A stretch of 64,000 bases of DNA from Callorhinchus milii (Eukaryota), in the NCBI RefSeq assembly GCF_018977255.1, contig NW_024704743.1, positions 44,952,001 through 45,016,000 on the forward strand. The letters run 5' to 3'. Of the stretch, positions 12,829-27,185 are shown piece by piece. The translations under genes were made by a program, and so were the position numbers. Under the pieces are notes generated by a model. The model had not been told where the DNA came from and made no database searches. It worked only from the letters and a program-made list of their open reading frames with translations. Numbering within the stretch: the first letter of the stretch is position 1; the number at the start of each line of letters is the position of its first letter.

Positions 12829-13400
12829 TGGTCAGCTAGGTGTCTGACACATGTGGAATCCTGTCAGTTTGCTTCAGAGCATCCAAAGCAACTGAGGCTT
12901 CTATCCATGCCCACCTATAGATGGAAATTTCCAATATATTTATTGGAATGGAATGTGCACTCCCTCTCTGGATGGACACATCCTGCTAACCTAATTCTGG
13001 AAAGTATTAGACACAGGTTGGCAAGAGCCAAAATTTGGGAACCCCAGAATGTGCATTAGGGTACTGCTGGAACCTAACCAGCTAACTTGCCATTGAAAGC
13101 ACTGTCTAGCAAGTTTCCCACTGCTGGTCCAGCTAGGACCACCCTACCAGTTAGGGCTTTGGCTTGCAGGGTTAACAGGGGCTGAGTGGGATGACTCCCT
13201 GCCCCTAGTGACATATCTGGCGTTCCAAATCCCTGCTGTGCTTTTATCAGCAGTGCCCTGGAATACATAAGTACTGCAGACCTGCCTGGCTCAGGAACTG
13301 GACTACCTAGACCGCTACTTGAGGGTGGGCTTGATTCTGATACTCTGTTGGCAAACATGTCACCTTGGAGCCACTTCAGCTCCAAGGAGACCCTGCTTAC
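12829..13400 (-). mobile_element. Unclassified ~550-bp interspersed repeat, copy 2
   Basis: Reverse complement of 1500-2040. Confidence 0.8.
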
Positions 13401-14699
13401 TCTTAACTCTCAACATTGCAGCCCTGCTATAATGTATTTCCCTAGAGCACAAATTCACTTAGAATGCGGTTGCACTGTGGATCCCATTCACCTCAGGGAC
13501 TCCACTTGCTACATTGTGTAGCTCACAGTCAAATTCTTAAAAATGAGTTTTTTTGTGTCTTGCATGCTTTTTTCTGTGAATTCTATTAAAACTAAATTAC
13601 AAGTACTTAGCAAGACTGATATGTTTTAACCCATATGCACCCTGCATTAAAGATCCCATCCTATTCAAAAAGAGAATGAAGTTTTTCCGATGTCCTGGTC
13701 AACAATCCTCCAGATAATATTGGTCATTTACTTTCACCACTGTTTGCGGAACATTGCTGTGTGCAAAATTGGCTGCTTTGTATTTAAGTCTCGGTCCTGG
13801 AACTGCGAGGTTTATTTGCTTCCAAATTCTCTTTTACAATGCAACACAATTTACATTTATGTGGCGCCTTCCGTGTTGGGAGGACGTCTCAAAGCCCTTT
13901 GCAAAACAGCAGCCATATCAACTGCTACATAATCATGAAAAGGTTAAAAATAAATTGCAAATGTGAGGAAAACAGTAATCATACAAAACTTGACAAAAGT
14001 AACACTTAAGAATTTTACCCGATGAAAGGATGTGTTGTGTTGTATGGTCAGTTGCCGGAATACAAGATCCTCTTGAATGGAGCTCTTATGTCGTGGCTGG
14101 CTCCTCTGTGGCAGAGGAGAGTAGGCCCTCTGGGACTCTGAAGGCTCCTTGAAGGTCACTGCCCTCATGCCTCTCAGGTCCCTGAAAGTTCAACTGTCCC
14201 CTAGACTCTTCTTCAACTGACAAGCCTATGAAATAAAACAACAGTTAAACAAATCAATATTGTCAACTGAAATGTCAAATGGAAAATCTGTATTTACGAG
14301 AGATGACATTACTCATTCAAGCTTCCCAGGTTTGTCCAGAGGGAGTCTATCTTCAGTGAGCATGGTTCAAGGGAGGCTCCTGAATGGGTCATAAATTGCT
14401 TTACTAGATGGATGGTGGATAGAGTTGAGCCGCCTACCAGGGTTACCTTCCTCAAAGACTTCTTCAAGTTTAAACTCTGCAATCTTGTATTTATATGCTA
14501 CTAGCTGTACTCATTGCAACTATGCTTCAACCAGTTTCATTTAATCGGCCTTCTTTCTTTTGTCTGGCATTTTTATTTGTCCTCAAAGACTTGATCTTTG
14601 CTTCTTAGGCATCTTTATCCTTTAAGATTAAGAAAATGGGCTATTGAGCTCGTTAGCATCGCTTGTTCACATATTTGCACAGATATCCTTTTGGCAACA

Positions 14700-14862
14700 C
14701 TCCTGTGGGAGGATGCCTGTTGGGAGGACTCAGTGGGAAGCCTCAGTGGGAGGACTCCTGTTGGGAGGACTCAGTGGGAAGACTCAGTTGCAGGACTCCT
14801 GTTGGGAGGCCTCAGTGGGAGGCTTCAGTGGGAGGACTCCTGGTTGGGAGGACTCCTGTTGG
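14700..14862. repeat. Minisatellite built from GGGAGGACTCCTGTT / GGGAGGACTCAGT units
   Basis: About 11-12 alternating 13-15 bp units are visible. Confidence 0.9.
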
Positions 14863-15164
14863 TGTCTCTACGTCAATCGGTTAGACAACACACAGACAGA
14901 CATTTTGTCTTCATTGGTATTGATGTATCTCATTAAACAATATATAAAAAATGCTTTAATTAAGCCCCAAAAAGTATACGTAATATTCTGCAACAAAGTA
15001 GTGTGACCTGTCACTATTCTAGAATAGGAGATCCCCCCCAAAAATATGCCCATGACACTCCCCCTGCAAGACCTTTCCGATGAGTTGCAAATCATGTCTC
15101 TACGTGAATCGATTATTGCGTTCTTGGTGGGCATTTTGCCTTTATTGGTATAGATGAGCACAAT

Positions 15165-15565
15165 TAAACAAGCTAGGCTTCTTCAGCCTTCAGAGAAGAC
15201 ATCTCAAAAGGGACCTTATAGAATGCATAACATTTTAAATGTGATTGAAAAAGTAACCCCAGGACAATAGTTAAGGATGCACCCAGACAGTAGAACAAGA
15301 GGACATAGGTTTAGAGCTGCTAAGGGGAACTTCAGGACAACAACAACAAACTACATTCCTATAGCACCTCTCACATCCCAACTACAGACACCAGTGAATT
15401 TTGCTTTACCCAGAGGACAATTATTGATTGGTACAGGTTGCCAAAAAGGTTGGTTGAGGCCAGGATACTGGACCTCCATTAAAAAAAGCTTGATGCTGTG
15501 AGGAAGGATGGGTATTCTAAAGGGTTGGATCATATGGGCCAAATGACCTTCTTAATCTGAACCAA
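15165..15565 (+). mobile_element. Old CR1 3' fragment
   Basis: Decayed LGFFSL.RR.L.GDL..., RTRGHRF motifs and CR1-like 3' UTR, interrupted by a short L2-tail insert at ~15338-15380. Confidence 0.65.
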
Positions 15566-16339
15566 TCTTGTGATCTTGAGGGACATTGGTGGGTATTCAA
15601 AGCAGGCACCATTACATCTCTATTTTATTTTTGCCAATTTACACTCAGCCACATGCTCGTCTAACTCACCTTCCCAATGCCTCGTTCTAGTCTGGAAATT
15701 CAAATATCTCCCTTTTGATTACTATCTCATGCTATGTCTCCTTCCTCTGAATATCCATTTTAACTCTTTTATAAATTGCCAAAGAGAGTCTACCACAGTA
15801 TAAAATTGCTCTCAAAGAGTATGGGTGGGTGGATGCCAGGAAACAGAGGAAAATGTTACATTTGGCTGTAATTAGTATAAACTGCCACTTAAACTAACAA
15901 TTAAAACTGTGAGCTAAGCATTTGACACAAGTTCCAGTCCAGAAAGTTTGGATCACAGTATGAAACCAATGTCTTTTCAAATTGACTTAAATACGTTGCA
16001 TTATTTTCCCAGCGTGTGTAATATATTCTGACAAGGCAAAGCATTATTTGTGATTTTAATCACATTTTCACTCAGTGAAAATACTTTGAATAGAATGGCA
16101 AACTATGTGACTAAAATGGCAGTGGATACTAAGGAGCAAAATATTAAAGAAGGAAAAAGAGGCACAACACTTCATACACAGGAGCTCTTGAAGAAAAGCC
16201 AAAGCTATCATGTAGATTGCTAAAAATAGCAATCAATCCATTAGTTGTTTATAATGCGAAATTACATTCTTATGAAAAGATGCCTAATTTTAGCGATCGG
16301 CAAGTGATGGACCACAGTATCTGTTTCATCCTGGTTGAC

Positions 16340-17030
16340 AACTGCTTTTGCTTTCCTTCCTTAATTTATGCTCACCCAAAAACATCTTTAATACTGATAA
16401 GGCCAACATTTGTCTTAGAGCTACACAGGATGAAACTTTAGTTTTTGGATTCAACACTGCAGCAGGAGGGGAGCAGTCAAGACAGCGCATTTTTAGTTGG
16501 CGTTTGCCAATATGTCGGGTACAAACAAGGTGATGTTGTTCAGTCGTGACGGGAGTAAGACAGTACATTGCTTCTGTGGAGTTTATCTTAATCTGCTCCA
16601 AGTTCAATATGAATCAAATTCCAATGCTTGAATAACTTCAGCTATGTTTGCTAAGCGGTTGAAGGGGATCAATGATCAGTGTAGGCATAGAAGTCGAACA
16701 AAACCTGTGATTTGCCTAGACAACTGCAAAGTGCATCCATGTCTTACTTGACAAATATAAAACAAATGGTTCTGATTTCCAAACACAACGTCATTGATGC
16801 AGCCGATGGACCAAGGTATAATTAAAAATTGGATGCAGCACAACAGGAGTAGAACAGTGGATCGAATTTTACGAGCCACTGGTGATGGAAGTGAGTGCAC
16901 AGCATCAAGACTTGCCACACAGATTCATCTCCTTGATACAGTTCACATGCCGGTTGCCGCCTGGGGTACAGTGAAACTTACAACAGTAAGTTGTAAGAGA
17001 GAGGAAAAAAAGTTCTGCAAAAGTTAGTTT
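16340..17030 (+). pseudogene. Decayed Tigger/pogo-family DDE transposase
   Basis: Ordered motifs across frames: NIFNTDKANI...DETLVF, GGEQSRQRI, CLDNCKVHP, FPNTTSLMQPMDQGIIKN, IHLLDTVHM..AAWGTV. These match pogo/Tigger DDE_1 motifs (IFNADET, LDN..HP, PNTTS.LQP.DQGII). Stops and frameshifts are present. Confidence 0.85.
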
Positions 17031-17099
17031 TGTAACTGTACCTGATCCTGCAGTGTATAGTGTGGGAATGTCCAGGAATCAATTCTATTACACAGGACT

Positions 17100-17627
17100 T
17101 CTGAGAGGGTTTGATTAGACACATTTAGGGTACAGTTACCTGGCAGTCTGGATAGTCCAGTTTCTGAGCCAGTCGGATCTATAGTATTCCAGGGCACTGC
17201 TGATGACAGCCCAGAAAACCTGGCTCATCAGGGCAAACTAGTCACTGGGGCAGGGATTCTTCCCACTCAGCTCCCATTATCCCTGCAAGGCAAAGCCCTA
17301 AAGGGGAGGGTGGTCCTATCTGGACAAGCAGTGGGAAAGTTTGCCAGGTAGTGCTCTCAATTCAAGCTATGCAGTTTTAGCTGGCATACTCCAGCAGTAA
17401 CCCAACACACACTCTGGGGTCCTCAAACCTTGACTCTTGCCAACGTTTGCCTATTACTCTCTGGGATTAAGTAAGCAGGATGTGTCCCTCCAGGGAGGGA
17501 GTGCGCATCCTATTCCAATAAATATCTTGAGCATTTCCATGCATAGATGGGATGCATGGAATTCTAAGTTTGGTTTGGACACTCTTAAGTATAGTGACGG
17601 GTTTCTGTGTCAGACACCAGCTGATCA
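17100..17627 (+). mobile_element. Unclassified ~550-bp interspersed repeat, copy 3
   Basis: Collinear with 1500-2040. Confidence 0.8.
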
Positions 17628-17877
17628 AATAAAAATACCTGGAATTTTCACATATTATATAACTTGGAGAAAAATAAATAATATGTTGAAGATACTGATG
17701 GTTACTGAGAACAGACAGGGAACTGGGATTAAAAGATCTGCCACAAAGTACACAGTATAAAATACATAGTCACTACACTTTACAATATATCCTGTGAAGT
17801 GCTTTAAGACATCCTTCTGAAATGAAAGGCATATATTACATGCAATGATTATTGGATTTGATAATGTGTTTGGTATT

Positions 17878-18203
17878 GTGTGTTAGCTTGGCTCAGTGAT
17901 AACATTATTGCTTCTGAGTCAGAAATTTGTGGGTGCAAGTCCCACGCCGGTAAAAGGTCTATGGCCACTATTTGAAAAGAGAAGGGAGTTTCTCCCAGTA
18001 TCCTGGCCAACAAATCCCTCAAGATAAAAAAATTGGTCACTCACTCCATGGCTGTTTGTGGGACATTGCTGTGCACAAACTGGTTGATGCATTTCACCCA
18101 CAAATACACAGTCAATCCACTTTACAGAATATCCTGTTAATCGTTTTGAGATGTCTTGAGGACTTGATAAGGCTCTATATCAAACGCAAGGATTATTATT
18201 ATT
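17878..18203 (+). mobile_element. Older Deu-domain SINE with internal deletion
   Basis: Head, core GGGACATTGCTGTGCACAAACTGG and tail homologous to 337-845. Confidence 0.8.
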
Positions 18204-21200
18204 TTTATGGCTGCTGAGGAGTCTGACATTGGCAGCACTGCGGAGAATGCTAATAGCAGGTACCAGCATTGGGTCTAATATTGACATCCATCAATCTGTG
18301 ATTGGTGGCAAGAATGTTTCCAAAGTGGAAGGTAATGTAACAATTTGAGATGTTTCTTTTACATGAATGGCACTGTGTTTATTTAAGTGGTTTATAGCAA
18401 TGGATGAAAATAGTATGCCAGTCAATGATAACTGTGCCCAGAAGAGACTACAACTGTACTGAAGAAGCTTACCAATCTGTGGAAATAAAATAAATTAGGG
18501 AAGTTCGATGGAACTCTGAGTTGCTCGGTTTGGAGACTCTTGAGCATGTTGATGGCATTTTTCATGTGGTCAGGCATCCGGTTGACAGAAACAGTGAGTA
18601 GTTAAGCTTTATGAACGAGGACACTACCAGATTTGATGTTGAATCGGGTGATCTACAATTGGTGTCAACATGCCTGGGTTACAGAGAGAAAAAATGAGCA
18701 TGGGTTCACTCTCTTCATCAATTTCCAGCAGCTCTGCTTTATATTCCAGAAAATAAAATTCAACTTATTTCTTTCTTGGCAAATTTGTCCCATCAATTTT
18801 ATCCCGTCCCATCTTAGTTTTTTTACATGGCTTACAGTGGTACTATTGTGTCAGTGGAATGAGTAGTGTTTTGTGTATATGGATAGGATTAGGCTGAGTT
18901 GCAAGGTTCTCTTTTCCCACCATGGATAAACAGCCTACCAGCACTCATTGTCAAGACTCACAGATGAATAATAGCCCTTTTGGGTGAGGTGGCAGAGGTC
19001 AACTGGTGCTTGTGGAACCACCCCTCAAAAGAAGGAGAAAGGAGTTGAATGGCTTTAGGAGGAGCAGCAATAGAATTGATAGGAAAATTTTGCCGAGAGG
19101 GAAATTAAATAAAATAGGGACCTTTTACTCATTAGATCATTACTATATGTCTACAAACTGGTTTGGCATTTATTGTGTATTTTGTAGTTGATCACCCACA
19201 ATCACTATCCAATACAGTAAAATGGGAAGCACTTTGAGACCTTCTCCCACGTGAAAGGTGCTAAATCAAATGCAATGATTATTACTATTATTTAACTGCT
19301 CAGGAGAAATGGAAAACAGACCAAAATGAGATCTTCATTGACACAGATTGCAAATTAAATGTTATCATTGCTTTAATTGTCCATTAACTTTTATACCTTT
19401 TACCATCTTTACCCACATTCAAATATTCTTTAATTTCTTACTAGTGAAATTAATTTCAATTGAAATACTCATTGATATTTCTTTGTGGTTGCCCGCTCAC
19501 ATCTTAAATCATGGTGAAATGCATGTGAACAAATCTTGAGTGTGACAACTTGCAGTTGGTCCTCTCCAGAAACATCATACCCACACAACAGTGCCATTGT
19601 AAGGTCACGTAAGACTTAACAAACTCCTTTGAGTTTCATTTTATATTCTGGAGTGTAATTATTACCATACCCATTAAAGTACAAAGGTTAAAGAGAAAAA
19701 GAAAAACTGCGGATGTTGGAAATTTGAAATAAAAACAGAAAATGCTGGAAATCCTCAGCAGTTCAATCAGCATCTGAAAGCACAAAGGTTGTTTGTTCAG
19801 TCTTGCTATGTTCGTAATTAAATTTAGTCTTTTCTAACACACAGTACAATAGCGATTGGCATATGTGTAAGTGAAGATTAGTGTTTAAAAGAGGGAAGTA
19901 CATTTTTTTGTGATACCTTTTCAGATTATAGTAAAGATTGAATACTAACTAATCATAGTTGTTCGGTATTTACTTGCCAAAAGCAGGCCTGTAGAAAATG
20001 CTACTAATTTTGAGATTGTTTTGAATAATCCCAATTGTGTTAGGGTGGGAAGGAAGAGTCAGGCAGCAGTGCAATGGGACAGGTAACAGGATAGCATATG
20101 GGAAGAATAAAATACCTTTCAAAGTATAGAAAACAACTGGAATGAAAACCCCAGCTCTTGGAAGAACTGCACTGCCTAATGAGCAGAAACTTTAAGAAGG
20201 ATAATAGCCATATTAGAAAAGAAAGCTGCGGTATCAGAATAACAAGAGTAATAACATTGAGAATAAATTCCCAGATTTGGGAAGGGTAGAACTCAACACT
20301 GTTAAAATAGTCCTAGCCTCAATAATGCTAGGTGAAAAACTCCACCCTTGCAAAAGGACAGTGGTGAGATTGGGAAGGGAGCCTTCAGGAGAAAAAAAGA
20401 GTACTGATGTTGAGGAGGAAAGTCGCAAGGAGGAAAGTGTCAGTAAAGTAATAGGACTGGAGAAGGATAATATATCAGAATATACTGCAGTCTGGTCCAA
20501 TTAGGATCTATGAGGTTTTCTCTGATTTTCATAGGCATTCAGTATTGTGTGTAGGTTAATGTTTAAGTTTGACCTAGTTCATCTGATTAAACCCATTAAT
20601 ACAAACAAGAGGATTGTATTGTATGTAAGTGCAGTGTGAAGGCAAAGTTGGCAAGCCAGGTTGCAAATGTCTACCATGGCTGATAGAGAGTTTGCATGTC
20701 TTTGAGAACCATGGGTAGAAGTGACCGAATTATTTCTTCACAAACCAGAAAAGTGCATTTGATTGCTGTGGAGTCTGCTGGGTTTGGCTCCAAAGCCACA
20801 GTTATTTTCCACTGTTTTTGTAGTGCTTGCACTCAGTAAGGAGCTGAATTGTTGATTTTGCAGCATGGGAAAGGGCTGACAACAGATTTACTAGATAGAT
20901 GGTCCAGCCGTCCTCTTCAAGTGTTATGAAAACTGTTTAAAATGTTTAGATTGGCCTCTCTGATGTACAATAAATTGTTGTTATCTGGAACGGTTGATAA
21001 TCAAGGAGGAAAAGGCATAATTAAATTTCAGGAAATGCAGGGTCTGGTTGAGCGAGGAGAGATGAACTTGTTTCTTTGACAGAAAGCTAAGGCAGGCAGT
21101 CTGCCCCACAGGAAGGCCTTGCATTCCTGTCCTTTTGGTGAACCTGCCTGAAAAGGAATACAGGAGTTATTGGGTAATCAAGGGTTGTCAGCACCTTGGT

Positions 21201-22879
21201 TATGCAGCATGGGTTCAATCCGATAATGTGAATGGAACCTGTAATAGGGCTGATGAAAAGACAAGCATTTGAAAAGCCTTGAATGATTTTTTTGTTCTTT
21301 TTCTGTTTACATGTAATGCGTTATTGATGACTTCATACATCTGGTTGGGAAACAGCCTGGAAATTCATTACATTAAAAAAAAATCCTGTTACATATAGAA
21401 AATTGCATTGGAAGAGCATAACTGAAACATATTGATTTTGTGGCATTTGACTTTTTCAGATTAGAAATGACAGTGTGGGAGGCTGTGGCACCTGGTTGCT
21501 ATATGGTTCAGATGTAGTTCACTGTCATTTACTGCACAAGGATGAAGCTGATTCTTTCAAACGTAACGTATGCAGCCACAGTCACTGTTGTGTCCCATTT
21601 GGGAAAGGAACAAGTGATGAATCGAAAGTGCTTCAAAAGCCAGTTATTCACTTGTGAACAACTTGAGTAAAAATGGAAAGAGGACTGAAGAGTATTGTGG
21701 CATAATTTCTGGAGCAAAATTAAAATATCACAGTATATTTACGGTGGCTTTATTTTTAGTTTGTTTCTCAAATTCCATAAATTAAAGATTATTTAGAAAA
21801 CTTCTGATCGCCAGTGCAGAGCTTTATAAATTCAAGCCTGCTGATGGATTGCACAATGTGCTTTGTTATTACTTTGTAACTTAACCTCGAGAAAATATCA
21901 ATAAAATATGATTTGAAAAAGAATACACAGGTTTTGTGCATTTTTGCCTCCTTCCACTTTACAACAGGGTTTATTGGAAACAGACGGAGAACTCTTCTGG
22001 CGTACACTGTACTGTCCAAAATAAAATCGACTTTGAATGCCAAAGACGTTTTTTTCTTAGTATTTAAAAGGTACATTTTTATTTAAGTCAAATTGTTCAT
22101 TTTGGATAGAAAGCACTGTGCAATTTAGAATGTCGCAAATTAAAGAATGCACGTTCTCCCAGAGAGCTGTGACCCCACCCTGCATCCAGCGACAATGTTT
22201 TTCTTTCATTGTGCTATTGTTAAGACCAAATGACTCTGAGCTCAGGTTTAAAAGTTCACTGTGGCAATATTTTTTACGCTGCTTCTTGGTATTTAACACA
22301 TACAAGGTACATTGTTTCCCCGCAATCGTTCAGTCAAATAAAAGTATATATTGCTGCGGCTTCAATCGCGTGGTCCTCTCCTCTTATCCTGGCGGGTGGG
22401 TTCTGTCTGCCTTTTTTTCTCTTATTCAAGAATTTGAACACCCAACACTGATTTTAAAACTGTAAATGTTTATATTTTTATAGTTGTGTAAACATCAGAG
22501 CAAAATACCAGTCTTGTCTGTATCCGATTACTATGGGAAAAATCCTCTAATGTTGGTAACTCTCCTGACAGATGATAGGCCTCCTCAAAACCTATAAGAA
22601 TGTGTTTCAAGCGAGTGGCACATTTCAAGATTCAGATGACAGCAATAAATGTTGTTAAGACTCTTTTAACGAGGTCGCCTTTGTAAAATATTCCTACATA
22701 TGTCAATAGATCTGAGTAGAACACACTGTTCAGCCCAGAAAGAATATTTGGGAATTCACTCAGTATAGTTCATGGTGTAATAGTTATGGCACTTTTACTA
22801 ATACAGAAACCATATATGCTCCCCAAATGGGCGAAAGTTTTGAAAGTTTTATAAAGACATTTTATTTTTTTCTCACCAA

Positions 22880-23170
22880 CCTTTCTCTCCATTCACTCTT
22901 TCCTAGAAGGAATTTGACCTTTTTTTCCCTTCCCTTGGATTTGGGTCCAAGGGTGACAGTCACTCCTGTGGCAGCTTGTCCCAATTGAGCATTTTTCATT
23001 TGGGAGCCTTGACAGTGGAGTGTTGGCAGTTCTAAGTGTACGTGTGTATGTGTGTGTGTTGAGAGCGGCGATGAGTGTGAGGCGGTATGGGGGGGGAGGA
23101 ATTCAGACAGCCTCAGCCAATTCAGTCCTCAGTGACATCCACACATACTCACTTCCAGCAGAGGACACTG
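22880..23170 (-). mobile_element. Ancient SINE-like repeat (family also at ~5540-5775, ~18870-19025, ~35305-35400)
   Basis: Mutual similarity, e.g. GAGCCTTGACAGTGGAGTGTTGGCAG versus the reverse complement of CTACCAGCACTCATTGTCAAGACTC. The family name is uncertain (possibly AmnSINE2-like). Confidence 0.45.
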
Positions 23171-24384
23171 GTTTGAAACCTACTTTATCTCCCTTTTCCT
23201 TCATTATTAAGAAAATAAATGATATTAATCATCCTTGATATCTTGGTTTGGTGTGGCATTACAAAAATATACTAGCTGACATTCAAAATGAACTTTTTAA
23301 GCAATATCTTGTTTTGAAACATTTGAACAATTCAAACATTTTCTTATGTGCTCTGGATTTTTGCCCCTTTTAACATCTAGCTTAAATTAGGATAGAAAAC
23401 ATGGCACTTTTTTGAGCTGATCACTGAACCTGAAATTGTCCACAATTTGTGAATCTCTGTCATGAGCTATCAATATTTGTTCGCTTTTTGGGGATTTAAT
23501 TTTGATTTAACCAAAAAGAAAAATGTCTGTTTCAGTTAATACTTAAATAGAAGGAGCAGAAAGTATCCATAAACATGACTGGGTTCTGTTTGTGGACATT
23601 GCTTTTGTTCCTCAGGGGCCTTTTTCTGTCTGGTACTGTTATAAATGATCTAATATTCTGGTAAATGTGTGTTATTTACCACGGATGGTTAGAATGATTG
23701 ATGACAAGGTACCATAACCTTATTGAACACAATTATTGTTGTATTAAAATGCTGCTTTAAAATGTAATAGTCAATATCATGTTCTTCAAGAGAATGAATG
23801 AGCAGTCTTGCATATGGTCATTGAGAAAGATAACCTTAGGCACTGCTAGTGCAGAACCTGATGGATTACTAAATGATAGATTTGAAAAAGTTAGGCTCAA
23901 TAGCATGTAGCTATTAATGTAATGGGGGATATACTCATGTGAATTTATTAAGATAATACGCCATTTGGGGAGCATATTACCTTCCGCTTTCCCGTTCCCC
24001 AATCTAATCTTTTAGCCCTTTTCTGCCCTCACTGGGTTCACCTCCTGCAGTTCCCCATTCCCAAGCCTCAGGCTCTCCCTTGAACCGGTTTCTCTTCACC
24101 AGCCACTGAGGCTGGGTTAATACTGATGCCAGAAAATTTGCTGATGTGGCAAAAAGCACCATTCTTTCTTCAATAAGTCTTGTGAATTTCTCCCCAGCGC
24201 TTATAAGTAAACCCAGTCATATTTCAATTTTACATCTTCATCGTCACACAATTATATGTGGCAATAACACTGGCAAGGAAGTTTCCAGCTACAATTGGTC
24301 ATTCACTTTGTAGCTGTTCGCGGTACTTTGCTGTGCACAAATTGGCTGCCTGCTTGTCTATAAGTGCATAATCACTGCATCATT

Positions 24385-24745
24385 GAGTCCTGTAGCTCAG
24401 TGGTTAAAGCACTCGCCTCACAAGCGAGAAACTTGGGTTCGATTCCCGGCAGGACGAAGCTTTGGGCAAGTTTCCTTACTCCACATGCCTCTATTTACCT
24501 AGCAGTAAGTAGGAACCCACTTGTTAGTTGATTGGCAGATCGCTTTTCCAGGGGTAATAATTCCGACAAAAAAAAATTGGTCACTCAATCCATGACTGTT
24601 TGTGGGACACTGCTGTGTGCAATTGGTTGCCATGTTTCGCCCACAAAAGTATAGTCAATTCACATTACAGTATAATCTATGAAGTGCTTTGAGACGTCTC
24701 AAAGATGTGATAAGGCACTATATCAAATACAACTCTTATTATTAT
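24385..24745 (+). mobile_element. Young tRNA-Deu SINE directly abutting an older Deu-SINE fragment (~24290-24380)
   Basis: GAGTCCTGTAGCTCAGTGG head, core and tail. An older Deu core lies immediately upstream. Confidence 0.88.
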
Positions 24746-26654
24746 AATTATGGGCATGTAAATAATAGTGAACATATGATTGTTTCTCAGATTCAAAATC
24801 ATATTAACCTACGTTATAACTGAAGCAATAAAAAGTGAGGAATTTATATAAAATACAACACAAAATAATTGACATTTATGTAGAGCCTTTCATGTTGGTA
24901 GAACATCTCCAAGCGCTTCACACTGCTGGCTAGGCATTCGAGCTGGGGGATGGGAGCCAACGAGAGTGGAGAGGAGATAGATGACTGAAAGCAGGTCAAA
25001 CCAGCACGTCTTGAGGCAGGCTCTGAACGTGGGAAGGGGGTGAGGGAGAATAAGAATTATTTAGATAAGGTTTATTTAGAAGGAGCACCTGGACAGATTT
25101 GCAAAACCTTACCTTAACAGTGCTTAGATCACCCTGTACAGAATGCAGAATAATCCCTATGGTTTTTAAAACACAACAGAACAAAAACATCCATTCCAAT
25201 CAAATTAAAAATAAACTGCAATTAACACTGTCAAACACAAGCTGCCATCAGCACTGACTGCTGCTTGTTTTACTCATTCACCTCAGGATATGTAGGAACT
25301 GCTGATGTTTTATGCTGTGGATGAAGCTATTTTTATACACGTGTTGCTTGTAATAGGATTTGATTTTGTGCTGCATTTACCTTTGAACTGCTGATACAGA
25401 TAGAAGAGATACATCTGCTTTACTGTGATTTGTGATTCCATTGAAAATTATGAAAAAAAAGTGGCCAGAAATGGTTTAGGTGGTTTCTCTGAATGCTGTT
25501 AAGATGGGTGAAACTGAACATTTTCAATTTTCTCCTGATCAGCCCTTCAAGGTTGGGAAGCCAAACCAATTGGATGCCTTAAAATTTAGATTAGAATTCA
25601 GATGTAGAAACTGCATCCAGACCTGAAGCTGGGTTGAGGGATTCCTTTAACAGGAAACCTGCGTCCCATATTGTACACATGGCGCTTCCTGGTGTGATTA
25701 GATTGTGAAGAAATTTTGTTGAAACAGGTTTTACCTTAGAGAATTGAGTTTAAGTTACATGACCTTGTCTCCAAGGCCTTCCGCAGTTTCACCCCTCCCT
25801 ACCTATGCAATCTTCTACAGCCCTACATTCCTAGATGCTATTGAGCCTAACGCAATGATAGCGCAATATGTAGCTATTAATGTAATTATTCCCACTCTGG
25901 TTTCTTACTCGCTCCTCATTCCCTTCTCTCCATCGTCAGCCTCTGTTTTCATATACCTTTTATGCTTCAGTTTTCTGGAGTCATATGCTAGCCACTCGGC
26001 TGAGGTTCAGTGCAGTGCTGGGACAGCACTGGATTATCAGATGTGCTTTTTGATTGAGATGTTCAATCAAGGTCCCTTCTGCACTCTTATGATGGTAACC
26101 TCCTGGAATCATGGCCAACAATCCTGCTAAATTGGTCATTCATCTCTTGGCTGTTTTTAGGACTTTACTGTGCATGAAATAGCTGCATAGTTGGTTATAT
26201 AAAACAGTCACTGCATCTGACAGTAATTACTTTAAAGTGCTTTAAGACATTTCAACGTTATAGGCAAAATAAAAATGCAAGTTATTCTGGGAAATAAATG
26301 CTGAATACCCAATTGGAAGAATCTCAATCCTTATTCTGTTTTACTGATGTAAATATATGACGTTGCCACCAAAGAACACAGATGACACAAAATCACAAAA
26401 TCGGATGAATAATCTCATCCAATCTCATCCTTCCAGAATACCCAACTGACAATTTTATAGGCGCAATGTCCAGCTATTCCTGAAATGAATTCAGTGTCAT
26501 GGTCTCAACCAGACTTTATGATTACATCGAATAGAATGACATAGAACAATAAGGTACAGAACAAGTATTTTCAATCAACTACTCAGCGCCTTGGGACGTC
26601 CTCCCGACGTGAAAGGCGCTCTATAAATGGAATCTTGTTGTTGTTGTTGTTGTA

Positions 26655-27185
26655 ATGTTTATATTGCACATGAGCTCTCCTACATCCCTCCTATTCCCTT
26701 TTCATCATGTATGCATCAAGTGTTGAATAAATTGATGTTAATTGCTTCAACCAGTTTCAGGCAGTGAGTTCCCCCATTCTTCCTGCATGAAGGAGTTAAT
26801 GGAGTGGTAATTCACTCTAGTTGCTAATTGCCCTCTGGGTAAAGAAATACTTCCTGGAGTTTGTCCTGAAATAGTCCTTTGCAATCCTAAACTTTTGCCC
26901 TCTTGTCCTGCTGCCTTGGCATATCTGAGAGTATTATTCTAGGGTTTCTTTTCTAATCCCATTTAAAATCTTATATACACCTATGAGGTTCCTTCGGAGA
27001 TGTCTCTTTTTAAGACTGAAGAGCACTAGCTTGTCTAATTTTTGCTCATACCACATTGGTGATCATCCTCATTGATCTCCACTGCCCTGCCTCCAGGGGC
27101 TTTGTGGCCTCCTACTACCATAGTGACCAAAATGATATACAGTACTCCAGGTACGGCCTGACCAGAGAGAGCACTGTACAGCCAT
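26655..27185 (-). mobile_element. Old CR1 fragment(s)
   Basis: CAGTACTCCAGGTACGGCCTGACCAG (LVRPYLEY on minus) and CTGGGTAAAGAAATACTTCCT, shared with 30820-30870 and 59530-59570. Confidence 0.65.

Noticed and set aside
14700..14862. CRISPR-like array
   Set aside because: There are no unique spacers or cas genes; it is a vertebrate minisatellite.
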